Shown here: piece by piece, positions 9,860 through 18,989 of the stretch
Position numbering within the stretch: the stretch's first letter is position 1
Layout of the letters: every line of letters starts with the position of its first letter
Translations under genes and position numbers: made by a program
Assembly (NCBI GenBank): GCA_026417155.1
Contig: JAOADU010000035.1
Coordinates: 1-60,274, forward strand
Direction of reading: 5' to 3'
Length of the DNA: 60,274 bases
Source of the DNA: Bacteroidales bacterium
GTDB lineage: Bacteria > Bacteroidota > Bacteroidia > Bacteroidales > GWA2-32-17
Notes under the pieces: model-generated
What the model was told of the DNA's origin: nothing
Database searches by the model: none
Seen by the model: only the letters and a program-made list of their open reading frames with translations

Positions 9860-12304
9860 ATGAAAATATCGTACAATTGGCTTAAACAATACATTAAAAT
9901 TGATTTAGCGCCCCAACGAGTAGCAGATATTTTAACAAGTATAGGACTTGAAGTCGAAGCAATAGAACATTATGAAAGTATCAAAGGTAGTCTAAATAAC
10001 ATCGTTGTAGGACATGTAATAGAATGTATTAAACATCCAAATGCCGATAAGCTTTCATTAACAAAGGTTGATGTTGGTAATGGTACAATTCTCGATATTG
10101 TTTGTGGTGCTCCAAATGTTTCAAAAGGTCAAAAAGTAGCCGTTGCACTTATTGGTGCAAAAATTTATAAGGGAAACGATACATTTGAAATCAAAGAAAC
10201 AACCATACGAGGCGCCAAATCGCAAGGAATGATTTGTGCCGAAGACGAGATAGGGTTGGGGCAAAACCATGATGGAATTCTTATTTTAGATGAATCGCTA
10301 GTACCTGGAACACCCTTAAAAAATATTTTTCCAGTATATGAAGATGTTGTATTTGAAATAGGTTTAACTCCCAACAGGATTGATGCCGCTTCGCATTATG
10401 GCATTGCTCGCGATTTAGCAGCATATTTACAACACGAAAATCCTGTTATTCTCGAAAAACCAGAACTAAAAGAATTACACATAGATTCCGATACGTTGCC
10501 AATAGAAGTCATAGTTATGCAAAATGATGCCTGTCCGAGGTATTCAGGAGTTGTAATAAAAGATGTTGAGGTAAAGGAATCGCCCGATTGGCTAAAAAAT
10601 TATTTATTAGCCATAGGACAACGACCTATAAATAATGTTGTTGATGTTACAAATTTTGTGTTGCACGAATTAGGGCATCCCTTGCATGCTTTCGATTATG
10701 ATAAAATTATTGGTCAAAAGGTTATTATTCGTACATTTCCCGAAAATACAGCATTTATAACTTTAGACGGCATTGAGAGAAAACTTAGCTCCGAAGATTT
10801 GATGATTTCTAATGCACAAAAACCTATGTGTATAGCAGGTATCTTCGGAGGTTTAGAAAGCGGAGTTACATTGTCAACTCGTCATATTTTTTTGGAAAGT
10901 GCCTATTTTAATCCAACATGGATTAGAAAAACAGCTCGTCGTCATGGATTATCTACCGATTCATCATTTCGATTTGAACGTGGTGCCGATGTTAATCAAA
11001 CTATTTTTTCATTAACACGTGCTGCAAATTTGATTATTGAAATTTGCGGTGGAAAAGTTGCATCGCCTGTTTTTGATGTGTATCCAAATAAAATACAGCC
11101 TGCAACAATAGAATTAGAATACCTATATGTCGATGAAGTGATAGGTAAATGTATTCCCAAAAAAACTGTTAAAGAAATACTTCTTTCATTAGAATTTACC
11201 ATACTTGCCGAAAAAGAAAAAAGCTTATTGCTCGAAGTCCCAACGTATAGGGTAGATGTTACTCGTCCGATTGATGTGGTTGAAGAAATATTAAGAATTT
11301 ATGGCTTTAATGAAGTAGAAATTTCTTCAAAAATAAGTTCAAGCATCAATTATTCTGATAAATCAAATAAAGAACAATGGCAAAACAGCATTTCCGACTT
11401 TCTTGTTTCCAATGGATTTTACGAAATAATGACAAATTCATTGACAAAAAAACACTATTATTACGATAATTTGGAATACCCAATCCATCATTGCGTACAT
11501 ATATTAAATCCACTAAGTCAGGATTTGGCTGTATTGCGACAAAACTTATTATATACGGCTTTGGAAGTAGTTGCATATAATCTGAATCGCCAGCAAAACG
11601 AAATAAAATTATTTGAATTTGGTACATGTTATGCACTACCCGAATCGTCTAAAACTGATAAAACAGAATATTATCATGAAGAGAAAAAGCTTGCTTTAAT
11701 CATTACGGGCAATATACAACCACAGTCATGGACGGAAGCACAACGCAAAACTAATTTTTATTATCTTAAACGTTGGGTTGACAGCATATTAAGGCGATTA
11801 AATATTAAAATTAATGCTATTGCTGATGTAAATTCTATGCACTACCAATACGGTATAAATTATTTTCATCATAATACTTTATTAGCAACTTTTGGTAAAA
11901 TATCCAATACTGTATTACATAAATTTGATATTAAGCAAGATGTTTTTTTTGCAGAACTTAATTGGGAAAAAATATTGACTTTAGCGTCTCAGCAACGAAT
12001 AGTATATTCAGAATTGCCGAAGTTTCCAGCTGTGCGAAGAGATTTAGCTATGATTGTAGATGAGGCAATGACTTATTGGCAGCTTGAGCAAATTGCATAT
12101 AAAACCTGTGGCACCCTGCTAAAAGAGGTTAATTTATTCGATGTTTACGAGGGGGAAACCATTGGGAAAGGTAAAAAATCCTATGCATTGAGCTTTATAT
12201 TACAATCGAATGAAAAAACACTGACCGACACGGAAATTAACACAATGATGGAACAACTAATGAATGCATACATAAAAGAGGTGAATGCGGTTATTCGAAT
12301 GTGA
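9860..12304 (+). CDS. pheT: Phenylalanine--tRNA ligase beta subunit
   Basis: 814 aa. MKISYNWLKQYI N-terminus, tRNA-binding domain (VVGHVIECIKHPNADKLSLTKVDVG), B3/4 and B5 regions, C-terminal anticodon-binding-like domain (KKSYALSFILQS). Confidence 0.92.
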   Translation: MKISYNWLKQYIKIDLAPQRVADILTSIGLEVEAIEHYESIKGSLNNIVVGHVIECIKHPNADKLSLTKVDVGNGTILDIVCGAPNVSKGQKVAVALIGAKIYKGNDTFEIKETTIRGAKSQGMICAEDEIGLGQNHDGILILDESLVPGTPLKNIFPVYEDVVFEIGLTPNRIDAASHYGIARDLAAYLQHENPVILEKPELKELHIDSDTLPIEVIVMQNDACPRYSGVVIKDVEVKESPDWLKNYLLAIGQRPINNVVDVTNFVLHELGHPLHAFDYDKIIGQKVIIRTFPENTAFITLDGIERKLSSEDLMISNAQKPMCIAGIFGGLESGVTLSTRHIFLESAYFNPTWIRKTARRHGLSTDSSFRFERGADVNQTIFSLTRAANLIIEICGGKVASPVFDVYPNKIQPATIELEYLYVDEVIGKCIPKKTVKEILLSLEFTILAEKEKSLLLEVPTYRVDVTRPIDVVEEILRIYGFNEVEISSKISSSINYSDKSNKEQWQNSISDFLVSNGFYEIMTNSLTKKHYYYDNLEYPIHHCVHILNPLSQDLAVLRQNLLYTALEVVAYNLNRQQNEIKLFEFGTCYALPESSKTDKTEYYHEEKKLALIITGNIQPQSWTEAQRKTNFYYLKRWVDSILRRLNIKINAIADVNSMHYQYGINYFHHNTLLATFGKISNTVLHKFDIKQDVFFAELNWEKILTLASQQRIVYSELPKFPAVRRDLAMIVDEAMTYWQLEQIAYKTCGTLLKEVNLFDVYEGETIGKGKKSYALSFILQSNEKTLTDTEINTMMEQLMNAYIKEVNAVIRM

Positions 12305-13415
12305 TGGATTTCATTAAAGCAAAGCGTTCGGAAATTTTGAATATGAAACTATACGAAAAATCGAAATAATTTCGCTGGTAGTCCCAATAACTTTCAAATT
12401 GAACGTAAAGCGGAATACGATTTGTTTCAAAATATTTGTACCGTAACTTAAAGATAATTAAATTTTTTTGAGGTTCTTGATAATTTACATATTTTTTGGA
12501 AAGTGATTGATATAATGGTTCTCCTATGGGTGAGAAATAATATTCACCAAACCAATACCCCGAAATGATTTCCCAGTGCTTTAATTGAACATATAAATTT
12601 GAATATAAACCATAGCCATCGGTATATTGCAAAATTTTATAGTCTGAAACATCATTAAATTGGATGTACTGAGCACAAATTCCAAATGTATTATTATGAA
12701 TCGTGTATGAATAATCGGTACCTGCAGACCAATTAAAGTATGTTTGCAATGGGAATGTACTTGTTTCGACTTGCCCCCCTTTGTGCTTTGCAATAAAGTT
12801 CAGTGGAATGCTCACCCGACTAGGATTATATTTATTTGTTAGGTATATGCGACTTGCATTGCCAATAATAAATTCTTCCTTGAAATGGTCGCCAGGTAAA
12901 ATAAATTTTTCCCAATTTAGCCACAAATCGTTCGAAATACGTTGGGTGTTTAATAAAAATTGTAATCCATTTTCGGGTTTTGTAAAATAAAAATAATCGG
13001 TACTGTATAATGGTTCGGGAAGCGAATGAAAATCATATCCGTAAATATTGCCGAAAATCATTCGAAATGTAGGACTAATTCGATATATTAAACGATAAAA
13101 TAATTGGTTGATATAAAATTTTTCTCGTCCATTGAATAATCGGCAGTACCAACCTGCCGAGAGCGTAATCTTTTTACTTGGATTATATGATAGATAAGGA
13201 TTAACATTTGTCCCAATAAATGTAATACCATCGTAAAGTTCGTTGAAATATTCGTTGTTGCGTAAAAAAGTATTAAAATTCAATTGAAAGTATGCTTGTT
13301 TTAATATTACGGATGTATCGTTATGGTACTCAATAGAATCGCATATAAATTGAGCTTTAAGTAAATTTGTACTAAGGATTAAACTCGAAAATATCGCAAT
13401 TATCAAATGTTTCAT
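12291..13415 (-). CDS. Predicted outer-membrane protein, function unknown
   Basis: 374 aa. Signal peptide MKHLIIAIFSSLILSTNLLKAQ. Tyr/Phe-rich with alternating beta-strand pattern. The 3' end overlaps the pheT 3' end by 14 nt. Confidence 0.55.
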   Translation of the reverse strand: MKHLIIAIFSSLILSTNLLKAQFICDSIEYHNDTSVILKQAYFQLNFNTFLRNNEYFNELYDGITFIGTNVNPYLSYNPSKKITLSAGWYCRLFNGREKFYINQLFYRLIYRISPTFRMIFGNIYGYDFHSLPEPLYSTDYFYFTKPENGLQFLLNTQRISNDLWLNWEKFILPGDHFKEEFIIGNASRIYLTNKYNPSRVSIPLNFIAKHKGGQVETSTFPLQTYFNWSAGTDYSYTIHNNTFGICAQYIQFNDVSDYKILQYTDGYGLYSNLYVQLKHWEIISGYWFGEYYFSPIGEPLYQSLSKKYVNYQEPQKNLIIFKLRYKYFETNRIPLYVQFESYWDYQRNYFDFSYSFIFKISERFALMKSITFE

Positions 13416-13542
13416 GTTACAAAATTACTATTTAAAAAGCAGTTATTTAAAAAAAACTTAAATAAAACGCAACATTTTAGTAATTTTTTCGTCTAAATAA
13501 AAAAACTTTAATATTTTCGCATAGTATTTTAATAATTAAAAT

Positions 13543-14322
13543 ATGGAAATTCCAAGCAAGTCAATTTTAGTTCCTGTAGATTTTACCGAAAAAGCCGAAT
13601 TTGCTTTTCAACATGCCATAATTATGGCAAAGTACGTAAACAGAGAAATTGTTATTTTGCACATAATTAAAAAAGATGCAGAACGCCCACAAGCAATAGT
13701 TCGGCTTGAAGACTGGGGAAAACAAATGGAAGAGAAATATAAGCACAAATCTATACCTATTATTCGTAAAGGAGATATTTTTAAAGGAATAAAAACAGCA
13801 GCTATTGAAATAAATGCACTAATGATTATCATGGGATTGCATAATCCCAAACGTGCAATGAAAACTATTATCGGTTCCAATATCCCATTTTATTTAGTAC
13901 AAGAACAGCCTTATCGGGAAAAAATTACTGACGTCGTAGTGCCATTCGATTATAATGAAAAAGCTCGCGTGCAAATTAATTGGGTGATTTTATTATCGAA
14001 ATATTTTCAATGCAATATCAATATTTTAAAGCCCTTTATCGAAAGCAATTATAAAAATGAAAAAATGAAGAAAAATATGTATTTCATTAAAAAAATGCTG
14101 GACGATAAAGAGGTTATATATGGTGTTCGTACTGCCAAAAGAGGAGCTAAGTTTAATGAAGCCATATACGATTTTGCTAAAGAAATTAATGCCGACTTAA
14201 TTTTTATTATGTCTTACGATTTTAAGAAGTTTATTCTTAAAGCTGCAAAATTTGGCATGAAAGTGCCCGTATTGTGTATCAATCCTGCTACAAATACTAC
14301 AATTTTACCCGGAAAATATTAA
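13543..14322 (+). CDS. Universal stress protein family protein (double-length)
   Basis: 259 aa. Begins ILVPVDFTEKAEFAFQHAIIMAK...VILHI, a typical Usp start. A second half has VVVPFDYNEKARV. Confidence 0.65.
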   Translation: MEIPSKSILVPVDFTEKAEFAFQHAIIMAKYVNREIVILHIIKKDAERPQAIVRLEDWGKQMEEKYKHKSIPIIRKGDIFKGIKTAAIEINALMIIMGLHNPKRAMKTIIGSNIPFYLVQEQPYREKITDVVVPFDYNEKARVQINWVILLSKYFQCNINILKPFIESNYKNEKMKKNMYFIKKMLDDKEVIYGVRTAKRGAKFNEAIYDFAKEINADLIFIMSYDFKKFILKAAKFGMKVPVLCINPATNTTILPGKY

Positions 14323-14702
14323 AGATTATTCAGTATTACTTCTTTAGGAACTATTGCTCGTTTGTGTGTTCCTTCGCCAATTTTTCCTTTACTATCAAAC
14401 GTTTCGACTTTAAAAGTAACCTTGTTTTTGAATACTTCAATTACTTCAGCTATGCATTTTACTGTATCGCCTATAGGTGTAGCTTTTAAGTGTTTAACAG
14501 AAACTTCCACTCCCACAGATACTTCGCCATCATCGAGGTATGACAATATTAATTCATTGCAAGTTTGTTCCATAAATGCTATCATTGCTGGAGTGCTGAA
14601 CACATCAATTAAGCCTGAGCCATATACCATAGCACTATGGCGAGCTTCAACTTTTTGTTGTTTGCATATTTGAATTCCTAAATCAATAACTTTCATACTC
14701 AT
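14319..14702 (-). CDS. Hotdog-fold thioesterase family protein
   Basis: HSAMVYGSGLIDVFSTPAMIAFMEQTC and GEGTHKRAIV resemble the small FlK-like/hotdog thioesterase family. The ORF-track start 14714 is TTG; first ATGs are at 14702 and 14696. Confidence 0.65.
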   Translation of the reverse strand: MSMKVIDLGIQICKQQKVEARHSAMVYGSGLIDVFSTPAMIAFMEQTCNELILSYLDDGEVSVGVEVSVKHLKATPIGDTVKCIAEVIEVFKNKVTFKVETFDSKGKIGEGTHKRAIVPKEVILNNL

Positions 14703-15291
14703 CGATATTTTCAAATGGATTGTCGTATATAATTACACCAGTCTTTGCATAATGCGTAGATGCTAAAAAATTATTTTTTATTTGTCGAATTTGGATAAAT
14801 GATAAAATATCAAAACCCGAAAAAAATATCCAAAAACTTGTTGTAATAAGCCAGTGATATTGTTCGTAAAAATATGTAAGCCATATTAACTGAATAATAA
14901 TAATAGTTGGAACTATTAATAATTTTTTATAGATGGCAATGGATATTGGGTACCTGCTTTCAATAAATGGTAGAAGTGTTAAAAACGAAAATCCCGCTCT
15001 TTGTTCTTTCCATTTTACATGAGCTAAAAACCTTAAAATAATACTTTTAATAATTTCTTGTAATAGAATTCCCACAAAAATAATTGGTAAAAAATATTCG
15101 AGCGAAAAAATACTTTGTTGAAGTGCAATCTTTAAAAAAGACAAATTCCCTTTTATGATCCAAATAATTAAGGATTGAATAAAGAACCAACCGATAGAGA
15201 GTAAAAGCGAAAAAAATATACCTTTAGAAAGATTAAATGTTAATTCTTTCTTGAAAAAGTAATCATTATGTTCAATACTATTATCTTGCAT
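14683..15291 (-). CDS. Hypothetical integral membrane protein
   Basis: 202 aa with about 5 hydrophobic helices. No HExxH or other catalytic motif seen. Overlaps the downstream thioesterase start. Confidence 0.55.
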   Translation of the reverse strand: MQDNSIEHNDYFFKKELTFNLSKGIFFSLLLSIGWFFIQSLIIWIIKGNLSFLKIALQQSIFSLEYFLPIIFVGILLQEIIKSIILRFLAHVKWKEQRAGFSFLTLLPFIESRYPISIAIYKKLLIVPTIIIIQLIWLTYFYEQYHWLITTSFWIFFSGFDILSFIQIRQIKNNFLASTHYAKTGVIIYDNPFENIDEYESY

Positions 15292-15316
15292 AAAAAACTG
15301 CCTCTATGCGAGGCAG
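15292..15316 (-). terminator. Rho-independent terminator-like hairpin after the acyl-CoA dehydrogenase gene
   Basis: Minus strand reads CTGCCTC-GCATA-GAGGCAG followed by TTTTTT. The U-tract ends directly at ATG 15291 of the next gene. Confidence 0.6.
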
Positions 15317-15321
15317 TGTGG

Positions 15322-17106
15322 TTAAAAGTTATAATAATTATTTTCAATTAAGCGTTGGGCAATTCTTCGACGTGATTCTTTAACATTCATAGGTTCGAAC
15401 TGTGTGAAGTATTGCATTGCCTCAAATAGCTTATGGTATTCGTCGCCCGTAGCAAACGATGAAATTGCATTTATTCCGGAGTTAAAAATTTCTAATGCAG
15501 CTTCTTGAATAAAGGCATCTAACACATCTTTATATACAGAAAATTCTTGAGATGACTTAACGGTTTCTAATTTTTTAACTCTTAAATAGAGCGATTCTGC
15601 GACATATAATTGAATGATCATATCGGCAATGCTCATCATAACTTCTTGCTCGGATGAATATTGCTTGCCCAAAGTTTCGTATGCACGATATTGAATTAAT
15701 ATGATGGCTTTTTTAAAATTTTCAATTACCGTTGCTTTTCTATCAAAATAGTCGCCATCGAAATTTATTTTTCCTTTGTAATTATCGATATTCGCGTATA
15801 AATCTTTGGCAATGTTGAAGATAGGGGAATCACATTTTTTAGCAAGTTTTAGATATTGATCAGCTACTACAAGTCGGTTAATTTCGTTTGTGCCTTCAAA
15901 TATGCGGTTAATACGTGAGTCTCGATAACAGCGATCAACGGGCATTTCTGCCGAATAACCCATTCCCCCATGAATTTGTACAGCTTCATCAACAATATAA
16001 TCGAGTGCTTCGGAACCGAAAACTTTTAAAATAGCTGCTTCCATAGCATATTCGCCAAGTGCTTCAAGGTATGCTTCTTCTTTCTTCTTGCCTTTTGCTA
16101 TTTCTTCGTTTATTTTTTCGTCAACATAAGCCGATGTTCTGTATAGAGCCGATTCGTTTGCAATGGTTTTAATGACTTGTTCGGCAAGTTTATATTTTAT
16201 GGCACCAAAATTGCTAATTAATGTGCCAAATTGTTTTCTTTCGTTAGCATACTGAACTGAATGATTGATAGCTCGCTTCATCGAACCTATAACATTGGCT
16301 CCTAATTTTATACGTCCGATATGTAAAATGTTTAATGCAATTCTAAATCCTTCGCCGCGTTTACCAATCATGTTTTCAACAGGTATTTTACAGTCATTAA
16401 AGAATATTTGTACGGTTGATGATCCTTTGATGCCCATCTTATGCTCTTCGGCTCCGAATGTAACGCCCGGTGTATTACGCTCTACGAGGAAGCAACTTAA
16501 AATTTTATCGTTATCAACTTTGGCAAATACAGTTAGTAAATCGGCAAAACCTCCATTGGTTATCCACATTTTTTGTCCGTTAAGGATATAATGTTTTCCG
16601 TCTTCCGATAACGTGGCTCTAGTGCGTCCGCTATTGGCGTCTGATCCAGCCCCAGGTTCTGTAAGGCAGTATGCTGTTAATAACTCGCCTGTAGCAATTT
16701 TGGGCAAATATTTTTGTTTTAATTCTTCGCTTCCATAATATAATAATGGTAATGCACCTATTCCAGTGTCTGCCGAATAAGCAACAGCGTAAGAATGTCC
16801 TGCTCCCAACACATCGGCAGCAATCATCGAAGTAACAAATGATTGACCAAATCCTCCATATTCTTCGGGAATGGATAGTCCTAATAAACCTAACTCACCG
16901 GTTTTCTTGAGTAAATTTACCATTAAGCCTTTTTCCTGAGCGTCGATGCGGTCTAAGTTTGGAAAAACTTCTTTTTCGAGAAAATCCTGACAAATGTCGG
17001 CAATCATGCGTTGTTCTTCGCTGAATTCTTCAGGAACAAAAGCGTTTGTATTTTTTACATGGTGAACAAGAAACTCACCGCCTTTTAAATGATTTTTTAT
17101 TTCCAT
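15322..17106 (-). CDS. Long-form acyl-CoA dehydrogenase
   Basis: YCLTEPGAGSD, WITNGGFAD and QIHGGMGY motifs, plus a ~180-aa C-terminal extension. The ORF-track start 17130 is TTG and overlaps a minus-strand TATCTTTG -7 box (17128-17135), so ATG 17106 (MEIKNHLKGGEF) is used. Confidence 0.85.
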   Translation of the reverse strand: MEIKNHLKGGEFLVHHVKNTNAFVPEEFSEEQRMIADICQDFLEKEVFPNLDRIDAQEKGLMVNLLKKTGELGLLGLSIPEEYGGFGQSFVTSMIAADVLGAGHSYAVAYSADTGIGALPLLYYGSEELKQKYLPKIATGELLTAYCLTEPGAGSDANSGRTRATLSEDGKHYILNGQKMWITNGGFADLLTVFAKVDNDKILSCFLVERNTPGVTFGAEEHKMGIKGSSTVQIFFNDCKIPVENMIGKRGEGFRIALNILHIGRIKLGANVIGSMKRAINHSVQYANERKQFGTLISNFGAIKYKLAEQVIKTIANESALYRTSAYVDEKINEEIAKGKKKEEAYLEALGEYAMEAAILKVFGSEALDYIVDEAVQIHGGMGYSAEMPVDRCYRDSRINRIFEGTNEINRLVVADQYLKLAKKCDSPIFNIAKDLYANIDNYKGKINFDGDYFDRKATVIENFKKAIILIQYRAYETLGKQYSSEQEVMMSIADMIIQLYVAESLYLRVKKLETVKSSQEFSVYKDVLDAFIQEAALEIFNSGINAISSFATGDEYHKLFEAMQYFTQFEPMNVKESRRRIAQRLIENNYYNF

Positions 17107-17213
17107 GTTACGATTTTTTAAGTCGCACAAAGATATAAAATTTTAAACTTAATGATATTTGTCAGTTCATTTCGAACTTATTAATAACTGCATTAGTATT
17201 TAAGAATAAAGAC

Positions 17214-18959
17214 TTATAATTTTATTTCTATATGCAATTCATTTAATTGTTCAGTGCTAATATTTGACGGTGCATCGATCATCATATCGCGAGCAGCCTG
17301 ATTTTTTGGAAAGGCAATAAAATCGCGAATACTTTCGCTGCCTCCTATTAATGCGCACAATCTATCGAACCCTAAAGCAATGCCGCCATGGGGTGGTGTG
17401 CCAAATTCAAAGGCATGCATTAAAAAACCAAATTGTTTATTTGCTTCATCTTGAGTAAAACCTAATACATTGAAAATTTTTTGTTGCAATTCTTTTGTAT
17501 GAATTCGAATAGAACCTCCACCAATTTCAATTCCATTAATAACTAAATCGTATGCATTGGCTCTAACCTTATCGGGGTTTGTTGTAAGCAAAGAAATATC
17601 TTCTGGCTTGGGCGATGTAAATGGGTGATGCATGGCATAGTAACGTTTTGTTTCATCGTCCCATTCGAGCAATGGAAAATCAATAACCCATAACGGTGCA
17701 AAAGTATTGTTGTTTCGTAATCCTAAACGATTGCCTAATTCGAGCCTTAATTCGCTCATGGCTTTGTAAGTTTTCTTTTTATTTCCACTTAGAATAAAAA
17801 TTATTTCACCCTCTTTGGCTTGACAATAGTTTGCTATTTCGATTAATTGATCTGTTGTAAAAAATTTATCGAATGATGATTTAATTTCTTGTTCGGCAAA
17901 CCGAATGTATGCCAGTCCTCCCATTCCTATTTGCGGACGTTTGACAAATTCTGTTAGTTCATCAATTTGTTTGCGTGTAAAATTAGATGCATTAGGTGCA
18001 GAAATGGCCAGGATAATTTCGCTGTTATCAAATACTTGAAAATTCTTTCCTTTTGCTAAATGTGTGATATTGTTAATTGTCATTCCGAAGCGAATATCAG
18101 GTTTATCGGTGCCATATTTTTCAATGGCTTCTTGATATGATACACGAGGGAAAGTATCGAATTCAATACCTTTTTCGCTTTTAAATAAATGTTTAATAAG
18201 TCCTTCGAACATTTGTAAAACATCGTCTTGCTCAATAAAAGACATTTCGCAGTCTATTTGAGTAAATTCGGGTTGACGGTCGGCGCGTAAATCTTCATCG
18301 CGAAAGCATCGCACAATTTGATAATAACGATCGAATCCGGCAACCATAAGCAATTGCTTAAATGTTTGGGGAGATTGCGGTAAAGCATAGAATTCTCCAG
18401 GATGTAGGCGAGAGGGAACAACAAAATCGCGTGCTCCTTCGGGAGTTGATTTTATTAAAAATGGTGTTTCAATTTCAAGAAATCCATGCTCATTTAAGTA
18501 GTATCTAGTTTCTTTTGCTAAACGATGTCTAAGTATTAAATTATCTTTTATTGGATTTCGTCGTAAGTCGAGATATCTATATTTCATTCGCAATTCTTCA
18601 CCTCCATCGGTGTTGTCTTCGATGGTAAATGGTGGTGTAAGTGAAGTATTTAGAATAGTAAGCTCAGTTACTCTAATTTCTATTTCTCCAGTAGGTATTT
18701 TTGGATTTTTAGATTCTCTTTCGACAACTATGCCTTTGGCTTGAATAACGTATTCTCGTCCAATGCTGTCAACAAGATCAATTATTTTTTGTTCGGTTTT
18801 ATTTTTTTCGAAAGTAAGTTGAGTAATTCCAAACCTATCACGTAAATCAATCCAAATAATATTGCCTTTATCGCGTTTACGTTGTACCCAACCACAAAGG
18901 GTTACTTCTTTGTTTACATCTTTTAATCTTAATTCTCCACAATGATGAGTTCGTAACAT
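17214..18959 (-). CDS. aspS: Aspartate--tRNA ligase
   Basis: 581 aa. [12 protein letters not shown]-terminus, [18 protein letters not shown] (class II motif 2 region), [17 protein letters not shown]. Confidence 0.93.
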   Translation of the reverse strand: MLRTHHCGELRLKDVNKEVTLCGWVQRKRDKGNIIWIDLRDRFGITQLTFEKNKTEQKIIDLVDSIGREYVIQAKGIVVERESKNPKIPTGEIEIRVTELTILNTSLTPPFTIEDNTDGGEELRMKYRYLDLRRNPIKDNLILRHRLAKETRYYLNEHGFLEIETPFLIKSTPEGARDFVVPSRLHPGEFYALPQSPQTFKQLLMVAGFDRYYQIVRCFRDEDLRADRQPEFTQIDCEMSFIEQDDVLQMFEGLIKHLFKSEKGIEFDTFPRVSYQEAIEKYGTDKPDIRFGMTINNITHLAKGKNFQVFDNSEIILAISAPNASNFTRKQIDELTEFVKRPQIGMGGLAYIRFAEQEIKSSFDKFFTTDQLIEIANYCQAKEGEIIFILSGNKKKTYKAMSELRLELGNRLGLRNNNTFAPLWVIDFPLLEWDDETKRYYAMHHPFTSPKPEDISLLTTNPDKVRANAYDLVINGIEIGGGSIRIHTKELQQKIFNVLGFTQDEANKQFGFLMHAFEFGTPPHGGIALGFDRLCALIGGSESIRDFIAFPKNQAARDMMIDAPSNISTEQLNELHIEIKL

Positions 18960-18989
18960 ATAATATTTTTTGTGCGAAGGTAGTAATTT

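Noticed and set aside
9760-9894. 45-codon N-terminal extension of the lipoprotein ORF overlapping the pheT start
   Set aside because: Internal ATG 9759 gives a canonical lipoprotein signal peptide. The extension would run through the pheT promoter and start codon.
14362-14673. 103-aa plus-strand ORF covering most of the thioesterase gene
   Set aside because: The minus-strand product carries hotdog-thioesterase motifs. The plus-strand product has none and is Ser/Thr/Pro-rich noise.
14683-15291. Possible membrane zincin/CPBP protease
   Set aside because: No HExxH, EExxxR or FxxxH motif is present. It is left as a hypothetical membrane protein.
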